A stretch of DNA of 64,000 nucleotides, taken from Bacteroidota bacterium. GTDB taxonomy: Bacteria > Bacteroidota > Bacteroidia > J057 > JADKCL01. Positions 37,055 through 47,700 of this stretch are shown piece after piece. How positions within the stretch are numbered: the stretch's first letter is position 1; every line of letters starts with the position of its first letter. Location of the stretch: the NCBI GenBank assembly GCA_039024435.1, contig JBCCQH010000027.1:1963-65962 (forward strand), read 5' to 3'. The translations under genes and the position numbers were made by a program. The notes under the pieces were generated by a model. That model was not told the origin of the DNA, made no database searches, and worked only from the letters and a program-made list of their open reading frames with translations.

Positions 37055-38061
37055 TTTTGATCCCCGATTTTTTCGCCCGGACCGCGGTATTCTTGGAAGG
37101 AACCCATCCGGTGCAGCAAGCATTTCTCCACCATTTGTTCCCGGAATCGGTGCCCTTTCCCCACGCCACTGCCCCCGGCGCCATCAAAGGCAACAATGCC
37201 GACTACCCCAAAGTGGCCCTGCTCGGTTTCTGGTCCCTCTTCGCGCCGGAGTTTGCCGCGCGCTTTCGGGTGGCCTTCTCGCGCTACCGCTTCCGCAAGC
37301 TCGAAAGTGAGCACTACATCCTCGAAGATCTGGCCGCCCTGATCGGGATCTCCCAAGGTTTGCGGAAACACGGTGGCCCGGAAGACCACAAGTGGTGGAT
37401 CCGGCAAGTGGAACTCTGGCAACTGGCCTTTCCGGAAATGGAGGAAGTGCGGCAGTTCATCCGCTACCTCACCCAGGGAGGACTCCCGCCGGCCGGCCGC
37501 ATTTCACCGACCTACCTCGTCTACCTCGTGGTTCAGGAGCAGGACTGGAATCCGCAGTTTGCCGAGGTTGTGAGGCGATTTTACCTGCGCACCCGGAAGT
37601 TGCCGATGCCCGGGCCGGATGATCACTTTGGGCAAACGATGCTCAACCACTACGGTCTGGATGCCTGTTTCCGGCGCTGTATCTGGGAAGAAGACAAGAT
37701 CCTCACCTTGCAGCAAGCCGCGGTGGCCGGGGTTCACCACCGGGTAGAGGCCCGGGCCGTACGCCGGGCCAAGCGCCTGGTCGCCGCCGCTTACCTCCTG
37801 GGCATCCCCGGAATCGCGCTCTGCAACATCGCCTTCTTCTCGAATCTGGACGCGTTTGCCGAGTGGCGGAACCTTTGGGATGTCGCCGAAGACACCTTGC
37901 TTTTCGCCGGAGGCCCCTTTTCCGCCGCCTTGCTGTTCGTAAATGTGCTTTTGCAACTGGCGGGCCGCCACCCCCTTTCCCTCAAGTACGCCGGTCTGAC
38001 CCGGAGCCTGGCCGCCCGACTCACCAAACGGCACAAGCACCGCCTGGGCCTCGCCGGATAA
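37051..38061 (+). CDS. pAgo-associated protein with C-terminal two-TM hairpin
   Basis: ATGA overlap with the pAgo stop. The ~240-aa N-terminal domain is soluble. TM1 is LVAAAYLLGIPGIALCNIAFF (37777-37839) and TM2 is TLLFAGGPFSAALLFVNVLLQLA (37894-37962). The tail RLTKRHKHRLGLAG is basic. Confidence 0.6.
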   Translation: MILIPDFFARTAVFLEGTHPVQQAFLHHLFPESVPFPHATAPGAIKGNNADYPKVALLGFWSLFAPEFAARFRVAFSRYRFRKLESEHYILEDLAALIGISQGLRKHGGPEDHKWWIRQVELWQLAFPEMEEVRQFIRYLTQGGLPPAGRISPTYLVYLVVQEQDWNPQFAEVVRRFYLRTRKLPMPGPDDHFGQTMLNHYGLDACFRRCIWEEDKILTLQQAAVAGVHHRVEARAVRRAKRLVAAAYLLGIPGIALCNIAFFSNLDAFAEWRNLWDVAEDTLLFAGGPFSAALLFVNVLLQLAGRHPLSLKYAGLTRSLAARLTKRHKHRLGLAG

Positions 38062-38175
38062 TCCGCCGGTTCCCCGTTGATCCACCGAATCCTTCCCGGT
38101 GACCGCCTCGGTCGCCCCCAATCCCCATGTCTTTTCACCTCCAAAATTCCGGGCACAGGCCCGGACCGGAAACCT

Positions 38176-39246
38176 ATGTCATTTACCGTTAAAACATTCA
38201 CTTTGAAGCCCTTGAGAGCCGAACAACGCGAACACTTGGTGCGTCCATTTATGCGCTGGGTCGGAGGAAAGCAACGATTGGTCGGACAGTTGTTGAATTA
38301 TCTCCCTCCGGAGGACACCTATTCCCGCTACTACGAATTGTTCCTCGGGGCTGGATCCTTGTTCCTGGCCCGGAACTTCCCCAATCCGGTCCTGAACGAC
38401 CTCAATTTCCACCTGATCAATACCTACCAGCAGGTGCGCTCCCGTCCGGAAGCGGTTCACCGTTTGATCACGGAGCACGCCCGCCAACTCACCCGGGACC
38501 ACCGCCGCAACTTCGGCGGAGATTGGGAAAACTACCGGGGCAAGCGGGGCCGAGGCTCCTACTACTACACGGTCCGGGATGCCTACAACGCCCACCTTGA
38601 ACTGCCGGACGATATTTTTGATCCCGAACGTCTGCGGCAGGCGGCGCGTTTCCTCTTCCTGATCCATTCCAATTACAACGGCCTCTTCCGCGTGAACCAG
38701 CGGGGCGCTTACAATGTCCCCTTCGGCAAAAAACTGACCCACGTGCCGGACCTGGAACAACTCAATCGGATCAGCGCCCGGCTCCAAAACGCCCGGCTCA
38801 CCAATCACAGCTTTGAAGAACTGGAACCGGAAATCGGGGCTGGCGCCTTTGTCTACCTGGATCCTCCGTACCCGGATTTGCAGCCCCAGGATCTTTTTCA
38901 CCAGACAAACCGGTCCCAGAAAGCTTCCTTTACCGCGTACAATGCCCCGCCTTTTGAAACTCCGGAACACCAACAACTCGCCGCTTTTGCCGACCGCATC
39001 CGCCGGCGTGGGGCCAAAGTCATGGTGTCTATCGTGGAGCCTTTTGGCGTCCACAAAGCGGATCCCCGTCGAACCATGTTGCGGGAGTGGTATCCCGAAG
39101 CCCACTGGTGCTACCACCGAACGAAGTTCAAGCGCACCCTCGGTCCCCGCAAGGATCCCCAATTGGTACACGAGCTCATTCTCACCTCCTACGAGACGAA
39201 AAAGTGCCGCCCCGGTCACAAACTCAAAAGAAACCGCCGAAAATGA
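38176..39246 (+). CDS. Dam-family (D12 class) N6-adenine DNA methyltransferase
   Basis: Contains RWVGGKQRL, ELFLGAGSLF, NDLNFHLINTY, FRVNQRGAYNVPFG, and YLDPPYP (DPPY at 38860-38871). Start chosen at the internal ATG at 38176. Confidence 0.85.
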   Translation: MSFTVKTFTLKPLRAEQREHLVRPFMRWVGGKQRLVGQLLNYLPPEDTYSRYYELFLGAGSLFLARNFPNPVLNDLNFHLINTYQQVRSRPEAVHRLITEHARQLTRDHRRNFGGDWENYRGKRGRGSYYYTVRDAYNAHLELPDDIFDPERLRQAARFLFLIHSNYNGLFRVNQRGAYNVPFGKKLTHVPDLEQLNRISARLQNARLTNHSFEELEPEIGAGAFVYLDPPYPDLQPQDLFHQTNRSQKASFTAYNAPPFETPEHQQLAAFADRIRRRGAKVMVSIVEPFGVHKADPRRTMLREWYPEAHWCYHRTKFKRTLGPRKDPQLVHELILTSYETKKCRPGHKLKRNRRK

Positions 39247-41774
39247 ACTACTGGAAATGGAACACCGCCCTCGGGGATTTCTTTTTCCGGAATTCCCGCA
39301 AAGGCCAGCGCATCCTGTTTTACCTGGACCGCAAACTCATCGACCGGATCGGACAGGAACAAGGTCTCCCCGGCTGGGAAGATTTCTGCGCCAGCGTCCG
39401 CCAGGGTCCGCTGGAAGCATCCTGGCCCCACTACCTGCCGGAACTCGTGCAAGTGTGGTCCGATGGTCCCGAGTTTCACTACCCCTTTTTCCTGAATGGG
39501 ATTGCGGCCCTCATCCTGGCCCACACCGAACGCCCGCATCCCGATATGGGCTATTATGAATCCCTGGCCCATTTCGGGAAGCACCACCTGCATTCCACTG
39601 CCGATGCCCGGTCTGTGGTCCCACCGCTGGTCAATGCCTTTGCCCACATCCGGGAGTGGTCGGAAGCCTGGCCGGAAGTCCCCGGAACCTTCATCGACGA
39701 ACCGATCCAGGAGTACCGCTACGTGGGCCGCATCCGCCACCACGCCCTGATCTCCCCGGCCGAACGCCGCAATCTCCACCTGATCTGGCGGGACCTCACC
39801 CTAGAACCGGGACAGGGTCCCCACCTCGAATGGCTGATCTATACGCTGGAGCAGCACCCCGAATCGGCGAGCTGGATTCCGGGAATGCTGACCTTGTTCG
39901 GGCACCGCAGTCCTGAGGTACGGAAGGTGGTCCACCACTGGCTGCTGGAAGAACTGCGCACTTGGGATGGCAGTGCCCCGCCGACGCCCCAGTTGTACGA
40001 GCCGCCTTTTGAGGAAGGATTTGCCCTGCGGATGTCTTGGAGTCGCCGGGTGGGGATGGGCCTGCGCTTGCACCACCCCGACTGGAGCGGAGAGGTAACC
40101 CTGCGCCGGAAAGAAGCCCAAATCACCCTGCAAATCGGGGCGGATGGCTGGTCCCGGAACTTTACCTTTCCCGGAGGTGGAATAAATTTTACCGCGGAGG
40201 CCCCGGAGATCCGGGTACAAATGATCCAGCCCGTCCCGCGGGAGCTGTCGGCGTCTGTGTTTTCCTACTACTACCCCGCCGATGCCCTGGGCACCCTGGG
40301 ATCGGATTACATCGGGCACGACCGGATGCTCCGGGAACGGCCGCTGCAGCACTGCTTTCCGGCGCGTGAGCTGGCGTCCTGGCGGCAGTGGGCAAAAGAA
40401 CACCGGGTAGAAAACTGGCGGGCAAAAGAAGCTCCGGCGGGATTTCCTCCCGGCTGGAAATTCTACGCTGCCGAGCAGATTCCCCCGCCGGAAACTTCTC
40501 CTGGCGCACACCTGCCCCGGGTTCGGCCCCCGGCTCCGCTGAGCAAAGTATTTCCGCTTTCGGCCGCGCACCGCACGCAACAGTGGCAGTATGCCGCGGA
40601 TGGTCGCCGCTTGTCGCCTCCGGAAAGTGGAATCGGCCATTTCTTCCTGGATGGAGTAGAGCACCGGTGCGTGGCAACTTGCGAATGGACCCTGGACCTC
40701 TCGGGCAAAGCGGATCCGCCCCCACCGGAAGCGGATCGGCTGGCCCCTCTGCTGGCGAAAAGGCAGGCGGTTATCCCCTTTCGGCAGTACTACGATCTAT
40801 TGCAAGCGATTGCGGCGGAGCGGGGCGAGTCCCTGGACACCGTCGAAGCGCGCTACTACCGGCGCCTGACGGCGGCTTTGGGGTATTTTTTCGAAGATTC
40901 CCCCCGGCAGCAATTGCAACTGGCCCCCCCGGCGTTTGCCCTGTTGCCGGACAATCACCACGCAATCCGGGCTTCGCTCACCGGGATCTGGACGGCGGAC
41001 TTGCGGAACATCGTGGTACAATGGTGCCAGGATCCGGCGCACGGACTTCAATTGGCGTGGGAGGAATCTACTGATCCCTACCTGCCCGCCGCCGGGTTCC
41101 TTACTTGTTTCCGCTTGGACTACCTGGTCGCCTTGCACGCCGAATTGGAGCGCCGCTTTCCGGGGGTGGTCGGTCGGTGGACCCCTTGTTCCTATTCCCA
41201 AGCCCTGATCGAACGGCTCACCGTGCCGCGCCACCGCGGCTGGTTCAGCGAAGCGGAGGGATTGCGGAAACAAGTGGGTTCACCGGAAGCCCATTTCCTT
41301 TCCCCGGAAGACTACCGCTTCATCCCCCAAACGGGCGCGCCCATCTTCCCGATGCTCACCCGCAGCTACCACGAATGGTACGGCTACCCGATTTATACCT
41401 GGTGGGAAAGTGAGCAACAAGGTCACGACTGCAACGGCAACTGGGCGGTTTGGCGGCTGCTCCACGCCCATGGGGTTCCGGTCCTGTTCTCGGATCACCG
41501 CTGGAGCGACCACCTGTTGCTTCCGGTCCACTTGCCGCTGCCGGCGCTGGTGCGGCGGGCCCTCACCATGGCTTCTGGACTTCCGGGGAGTCCGGAAACC
41601 CATCCGCTTCCCGGCGGGCCGGAGCTGACCTGGCAACGCTACCCCAACATTCGCTACCCGATTCGGCGCCACCTGCCGCGTTTGCTTCTGGGCGCCACCG
41701 GTGTTTCCGCCCCTGAGTCGTTTTTCCACCGTCTCCATCCCCAACCGCACAACCATGGACCAATTAATCAGTAA
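39243..41774 (+). CDS. hypothetical 843-aa protein (position-equivalent to Druantia DruH or DISARM DrmE; no motif recognised)
   Basis: ATGA overlap with the methyltransferase stop and a 20-nt overlap with the downstream helicase start. Composition is coding-like. No domain recognised by eye. Confidence 0.45.
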   Translation: MNYWKWNTALGDFFFRNSRKGQRILFYLDRKLIDRIGQEQGLPGWEDFCASVRQGPLEASWPHYLPELVQVWSDGPEFHYPFFLNGIAALILAHTERPHPDMGYYESLAHFGKHHLHSTADARSVVPPLVNAFAHIREWSEAWPEVPGTFIDEPIQEYRYVGRIRHHALISPAERRNLHLIWRDLTLEPGQGPHLEWLIYTLEQHPESASWIPGMLTLFGHRSPEVRKVVHHWLLEELRTWDGSAPPTPQLYEPPFEEGFALRMSWSRRVGMGLRLHHPDWSGEVTLRRKEAQITLQIGADGWSRNFTFPGGGINFTAEAPEIRVQMIQPVPRELSASVFSYYYPADALGTLGSDYIGHDRMLRERPLQHCFPARELASWRQWAKEHRVENWRAKEAPAGFPPGWKFYAAEQIPPPETSPGAHLPRVRPPAPLSKVFPLSAAHRTQQWQYAADGRRLSPPESGIGHFFLDGVEHRCVATCEWTLDLSGKADPPPPEADRLAPLLAKRQAVIPFRQYYDLLQAIAAERGESLDTVEARYYRRLTAALGYFFEDSPRQQLQLAPPAFALLPDNHHAIRASLTGIWTADLRNIVVQWCQDPAHGLQLAWEESTDPYLPAAGFLTCFRLDYLVALHAELERRFPGVVGRWTPCSYSQALIERLTVPRHRGWFSEAEGLRKQVGSPEAHFLSPEDYRFIPQTGAPIFPMLTRSYHEWYGYPIYTWWESEQQGHDCNGNWAVWRLLHAHGVPVLFSDHRWSDHLLLPVHLPLPALVRRALTMASGLPGSPETHPLPGGPELTWQRYPNIRYPIRRHLPRLLLGATGVSAPESFFHRLHPQPHNHGPINQ

Positions 41775-44700
41775 AGAACCGATTTCCGCTTTTGAAGCCA
41801 TCCGGGACAAATTCATCTTGTACCTGCAGACCGCTTACCGGACCCGCTTCCGGTCCCTCGAACAGGAAAAGGAAGCCCTGCTGAAGCAGGCGCCCAACCT
41901 GTTTCAGTGGCCCTATGTGGAATTACAGCCAGACTACGCTTCTTCGGGAAAAAAGATCCCTGAACTCAGCCTCGAAGATCTGCCCGCGCTGGGAGCGTTG
42001 CTGGACCGGTTCAAGCTTCTAGTGGGCGGCAATCTCTTTTCGAACAAATACGCCCTCTACACCCACCAGTACGAGATGCTGTGTACCGCCCTGAGCGGTC
42101 GCCACAGCCTGATCACCTCGGGCACGGGCTCCGGAAAAACCGAATCGTTTTTGCTGCCCCTGGTGGCCCAGTTGGTGAAGGAGTCGGGTCACTGGGGACC
42201 GATCAACCGCCACGAACTGGGGGACCGGTCCTGGTACGAGCAAGAAGGGGCAACGGCCCGGGCCCATCCCTACCGCGCCCACGAAACCCGTCCCGCCGCA
42301 GTCCGGGCCTTGGTGGTCTACCCGATGAATGCCTTGGTGGAAGACCAGCTCACCCGCCTGCGCAAGGCCCTGGACGGTCCCCGGGTGTGGGACATCTACG
42401 ACGATCCGGAAGGATTTGCCGGGAACCGCATCTACTTCGGACGCTACATCGGGCCGACGCCGGTCTCCGGAACCGAAGAGCCAGAAACCACCGGCGACTC
42501 TGGAGATGCTACCCGGCAGGTCAACCGCAAGTCAAAGTCATTTGCCAACCGCAGCCGCATCCAGGCGATGCGCAGCGATTACGAAAAGATCACGACTTTT
42601 CTCAGTCAGGAATTTATCCCCGAAACCCTGCGGGACGAGGACATCCAATTCACCGTGCCGGCTTTTCCCGAGTGCCGCCAGGGGGTGGAGCTTCCGGTCA
42701 GTGCAGAAATGCGCACCCGGTGGGACATGCAGGCCACGCCCCCCGATATCCTGATCACCAACTTTTCCATGTTGAGCATCATGCTGATGCGGGCGGTTGA
42801 AGCGCCGATCTGGTCCCAGACCCAGGCCTGGTTTCACGGGGAAGACCTCACGGACCGCGATGCGCTTTCCCGGGAAGTCGTCCTCCAGGACCGCATCTTC
42901 CACGTCATCATCGATGAGCTGCACTTGTACCGCAATTCCGAGGGCATGGAAGATGCGGCCCTGCTGCGGAGTCTGCTCCTGAGCCTCAACATGATCGATG
43001 CCGACGGCCAACTGCATCCCCGGGTCCGGATCCTCACCTCGAGTGCTTCCCTGGGCGACGGCCAAGAAACCCAAGACTTCCTCGCGAAGTTTTTTGGGGT
43101 ATTTGCCTCCGGAGAGGCGAAAACTCCGGCTTTTTCGGTCATCAACGGTGATTCGCGCCCATTTGACCGGGAGGTCCCCGCAACGATGCCCCACGCCGAA
43201 GAACTGGTGCGCCTGGCGGAACTGCCCGGATTTCCCGAGCCCGATCCCGGAGAGGTCGCGGATATTTTGCGGAAAATGGTCGCGTCGCCGGTGGATCACG
43301 CTGCTTCGGGTCCGGAATTGATTCGGATCTGGTACGCCGAACACCAACTGAAAGACCGCATCAAGGCGACCTTTCAACGGCATCCCCGACGGGAAGATGA
43401 GCCGGCGACCATTCCCCGGAGCGTAGAAGTGCTGGGTCAAAAGTGGTTTCCGAAGCTTGCTGATTTCGCAGCGATCAAGGCCCTGAAGGCATTTTTCTAC
43501 CTCCGGGGACGCCTGCACGACCGCGAATACCCCAGCCTGCGGTTCCACTACTTCTTCAAGTTCATCCAGGGACTTTGGGCGGAAGCCCAACCCAATCGCG
43601 GGACCAAGCCCGAACCGGGCCACCACCTCAAGGAGCAGAAGCCGGTCGGGCAACTCTCCTACACCCCGCGCCAACTGGCCCCGGGGAGCAACAACCGGAT
43701 GTTTGACTTTTTGCGCTGCGAAGTCTGCGGTACGGTATTCCTCGGCGGACAAAAGAAATACATCTCCCCGAACAACCACGCCGAGTGCCAGGTCACCATT
43801 TCCAGTCCCGATCTCGAAAGCCCCCTGGGCAATCTCCCCACGATATCCCGCCAAAACTACCTCGATTACGCAGTGTTTTGGCCATTTTCGGATGCCCTCG
43901 ACGATGAGGTCGATTCCCAAAAGCCCTACCTCAAGCGGGACATCCCCATGGACTGGAACCAGCGGATCCCCAACTCGGGCAAGCGCGACCGGGGCACCTG
44001 GGTAAAGGCCAGCCTCAATACCGAGCTGGGGATCCTAAGCGAGGGCACAGCAATCGGCGATGCGTACGCCAATGGCTACTGGTTCCAAGTGCGACGCATA
44101 AAGAATGGGGCGCTCGTCCACCAGCGGGATCCTATGAAAATAGCACTGCACGCTGCCTTGCCCAACGCCTGTCCCTGTTGCAAGCAGAATTGGGGCAATC
44201 GCCAGTTTGTGAAATCTCCCATCCGGTCTTTTCGCACGGGTTTTGGCAAGATGAATCAGGTTTTGCTCAAGGAGCTGGCCTACCAGCTCGACCACGATCC
44301 CGACCAGGGACACTTCCGCAAGCTGGTGGCCTTTTCCGACTCCCGGGAAGATGCAGCCCGCCTGGCGTTTGACATCGAAAACCAGCATTTTCTGAATGTG
44401 GTGGAGGAGTACATGATGGAAATCTTCCAGCACCACCGGAAGGAAGAACAGGTAGAAGAAGAGCAGTTGCGCGGCATCCGCAAGCGGCAAATCGAGATGC
44501 TGGACCGCCTGCAGCGGGAGGAGGATGGCCCGGAAATCAAGGAATGGGCGCAAGCAAATCCCGACGCCTACCGGGAGGTCGCACAACTCCACAATTGGAG
44601 CAAAAGTTTCCTCGAAGAAGAGCAGGCCCAAGCCCAAGCCCAACGGGAAAAGTGGCAGCGCAAGGTGGATGGGCCCATTGAAGAGGTGCGGGTGGTGCCG

Positions 44701-47700
44701 GCCTGGAAATTGCTGGGCAAAGCGGGCAATACCACCGAGATGGGGCTGCTGATCGTGCGCTTGCTCCAGAAGGGAATCAATCCCGCCGGGGCCGATTCCC
44801 ACGCCCAGTTCCACCAGGGATTTCCCTGGTATGAGTTCCTGAAAGTGGACCTCAGCAACGAACAGTTTGCCTGGAAAACCCCCGAGGAGATGGACCTGCG
44901 CACCGGGGAGGAGGACGTGATTCAGGAGTTTCAAAAAAAGGTCATCCGCAAACTGCGCGACTCGATCAGCGATGTGTTCTTCTCGAAGTTGGTGTACAGC
45001 CTGGAAGCGGCGGGGCAGGGCTATGCCTGCGTAAAGGCCGATCCGGATGAGCTGGAAACACATTTCCAAAGCTACGGCGACACGAAGGTGGCGGGCGAAT
45101 TGCTGTATCAGTTTCTCAATGCGACGATCCGGGTGCTGGGCAACAATTTCAAGTACGAGATGGCAAGTTCGCGCTACGCACCGAATGTCCTGCCTTTTGA
45201 TGCGCAAAACGATTGGGGCAAACAGGTGGAACGTTACCTGGCGCAGGCGGCGGAGGTGCTGCAAGTGGAAGATCCCCGGGTGCTGAAGCAGTTCTTTCTC
45301 GACCAGGCCCGGAAACAAAAAGTGCTCAAGGAATACCGCCCTTCTCGGGAAGGCTCCCAGGCGGGGGAAAGTTCGGGCTACTTGCTCTCACCGGATGACC
45401 TGCACCTGTACCTGGCCGAGCCACCGGATCCGGTGTGGCGTTGCGGCAAGTGCCAGCGCGATCACTTGCACCCATCGGCGGGGGTCTGTACGTTTTGTTT
45501 TTCGCCCTTGGCGGCGGAGCCCACTCCCGAACTCAGCAGCCGCAAGCTGGCGGTGCAGAATTACATTTCCCATCCCATCGTCCACCGGCGGGAGCCCATC
45601 CGAATCCACTGCGAAGAATTGAGTGGGCAAACCGACGATCCCACCGCCCGCCAGATCGAGTTCAAGGGGGTCTTTCCGGAGGAGAACGAGCAAAAGTACC
45701 GGGTGGCGCGGCAGTTCCGGGAGATCGACGTGCTCAGCGTGACCACCACCATGGAAGTCGGGGTGGACATCGGGTCGCTGCAGGCGGTGTACCAGGCAAA
45801 TATGCCGCCGACCCGCTACAACTACCAGCAGCGTGTGGGCCGCGGCGGGCGCAGTGGACAGGCGTTCAGTGTGGCCTTGACGCTGTGCCGGGGACGCAGC
45901 CACGACCAGTACTATTTTGAAAATGGCCTGCACCGCATCACCGGAGATCCCGCGCCGCCGCCCAAGTTGTCTTTTCGCTACGAAGTCATTCGCCGGAGCA
46001 TCACCAAGCACGTCCTGCGCCTGGCGTTTGCTCACCTGAAGACGGAGCACGAAGTCGCGCTGTCGTCCTCCCACAAGGACATGCACGGCGAGTTTGGCAG
46101 CCTGGGCGATTGGGTGGGAGGCACCAATTTCGTCGAGCAGTTGCGCGCCTGGTTGGGCGGTGACCGCTGTACCGGCGAAGTCCGCAAGATGTGGAAGGCG
46201 CTGGTCCCCCCGGATTCTGACCTCACGGACAAGGTGGGCGACTACCTGAACTGGCTCCGCTACGCGGAAAGCGGCTTGGTCGACCAGATCGATCAGGCCA
46301 TTCGCAAAGACCTGGATATTCAACCCCACGAAACCCTCCAGGACCTCCGACGGGAGAACCAGCCCAAGGGACAGCTTCGTTTGTCCGAGCGCCTGTCCGA
46401 GTATGGTTTCCTCCCCGCCTACGGCATGCCGAGCAACGTGCGGAGCTTTTTTCACGGGAGTAAAAAAGGGGAGATGCTATCGATTGATCGGGACCTCGAA
46501 CTGGCGATATTTGAGTTTTCGCCCGGTGCAGTGCGCACCAAGGACAAGGCCGAGTACCAGGTCGCGGGCCTCAGCTACCCGATGTACTTCGGCAAACAAC
46601 GGAAGCGAAACCAATACCCCTTTCTCCCCGCTGATCCCAATGATCGCTCGGCGATCATCGACCAGATCAATGCTTTTCCGGTGATGCGCTGCAAGGAATG
46701 CGGCAAAATCCACGGGCGCGCGGAAATCGAGGCCCAGGAATACGCCTGCGATTGTGGCCGCACCGATGAGGCAAGCCATTTTGACGACTTCACGATTGTC
46801 ATTCCCAAGGCGTTCCGGGCGACCTATCTCGGCACCCAAAATGGCAAAACGGTCAAGCAGGAAGATTCCCGGTTTGCCTCGGCGGGATCGGTGACCATTG
46901 CCCAACCGCACAACCTGGAGGAGGTGCCACTGCTGGAGCAAAATGTCAAGCTGGAATTTTCCGACAGCCACCGGGAGCACCCCAGTTTTGTCTGGAAACT
47001 CAACACCAATGGCGGCAACTACTTCCGGGGCCACCTGTACGATGACGGTGAACTGGTCAATCAGTGGTTCCCGGAAAATATGCAACCCAGATCGGCCCAA
47101 CTGAGCAAAGAAAAAGCCCCGGAAAACATCGCTTTGGGAATGAAGAAGGTGACCGATTTGTTGTTCATTTCGCCGCGGGAGATTCCCGCGGGACTCAAGT
47201 TGCAGCCTCCCGGCAAAACCGAGGATCCGCAAGTCATTGCCCTCAATACGGCCCGGCAGGCGGCGGTCCTCTCCGGAGCGTACATCCTGCAGAAGGTGTT
47301 TGCCGAGCGGATGGACATTGCCCCGGAGGAGATCGAGATTCCCCAATTGGATTTTGACGGCGCGCATCCCCGGATTGTGCTGGCGGACAAGCTCGCCAAT
47401 GGGGCCGGCTTCGTCGCCGAGCTCAAGGACAACTTTGGGCGGATCCTCACCGCGGCGATCGATGCCGGGCCGGGGACTTTTCTCAGTCATGCATTGGCGC
47501 ACGCCACGGGGCCCGATGCATGTGTTTCGAGTTGTCCGCAGTGCTTGCAGACCTACCTCAACCGGCAGGTCCACCACTTGCTGGACTGGCGGCTGGGGAT
47601 TTCTTATCTGCGCTTGCTGGCCCAAGGCGAGAAATTTGATGCCCACCTGGGGTTTGCTTCGTGGGAGAACGAAGCGTATCCCGAAATCACCGACTATTTC

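Noticed and set aside
38179-39219. 346-aa antisense ORF over the Dam-family methylase
   Set aside because: The sense strand has unambiguous D12 methyltransferase motifs (GGK, DPPY). The antisense product is low-complexity.
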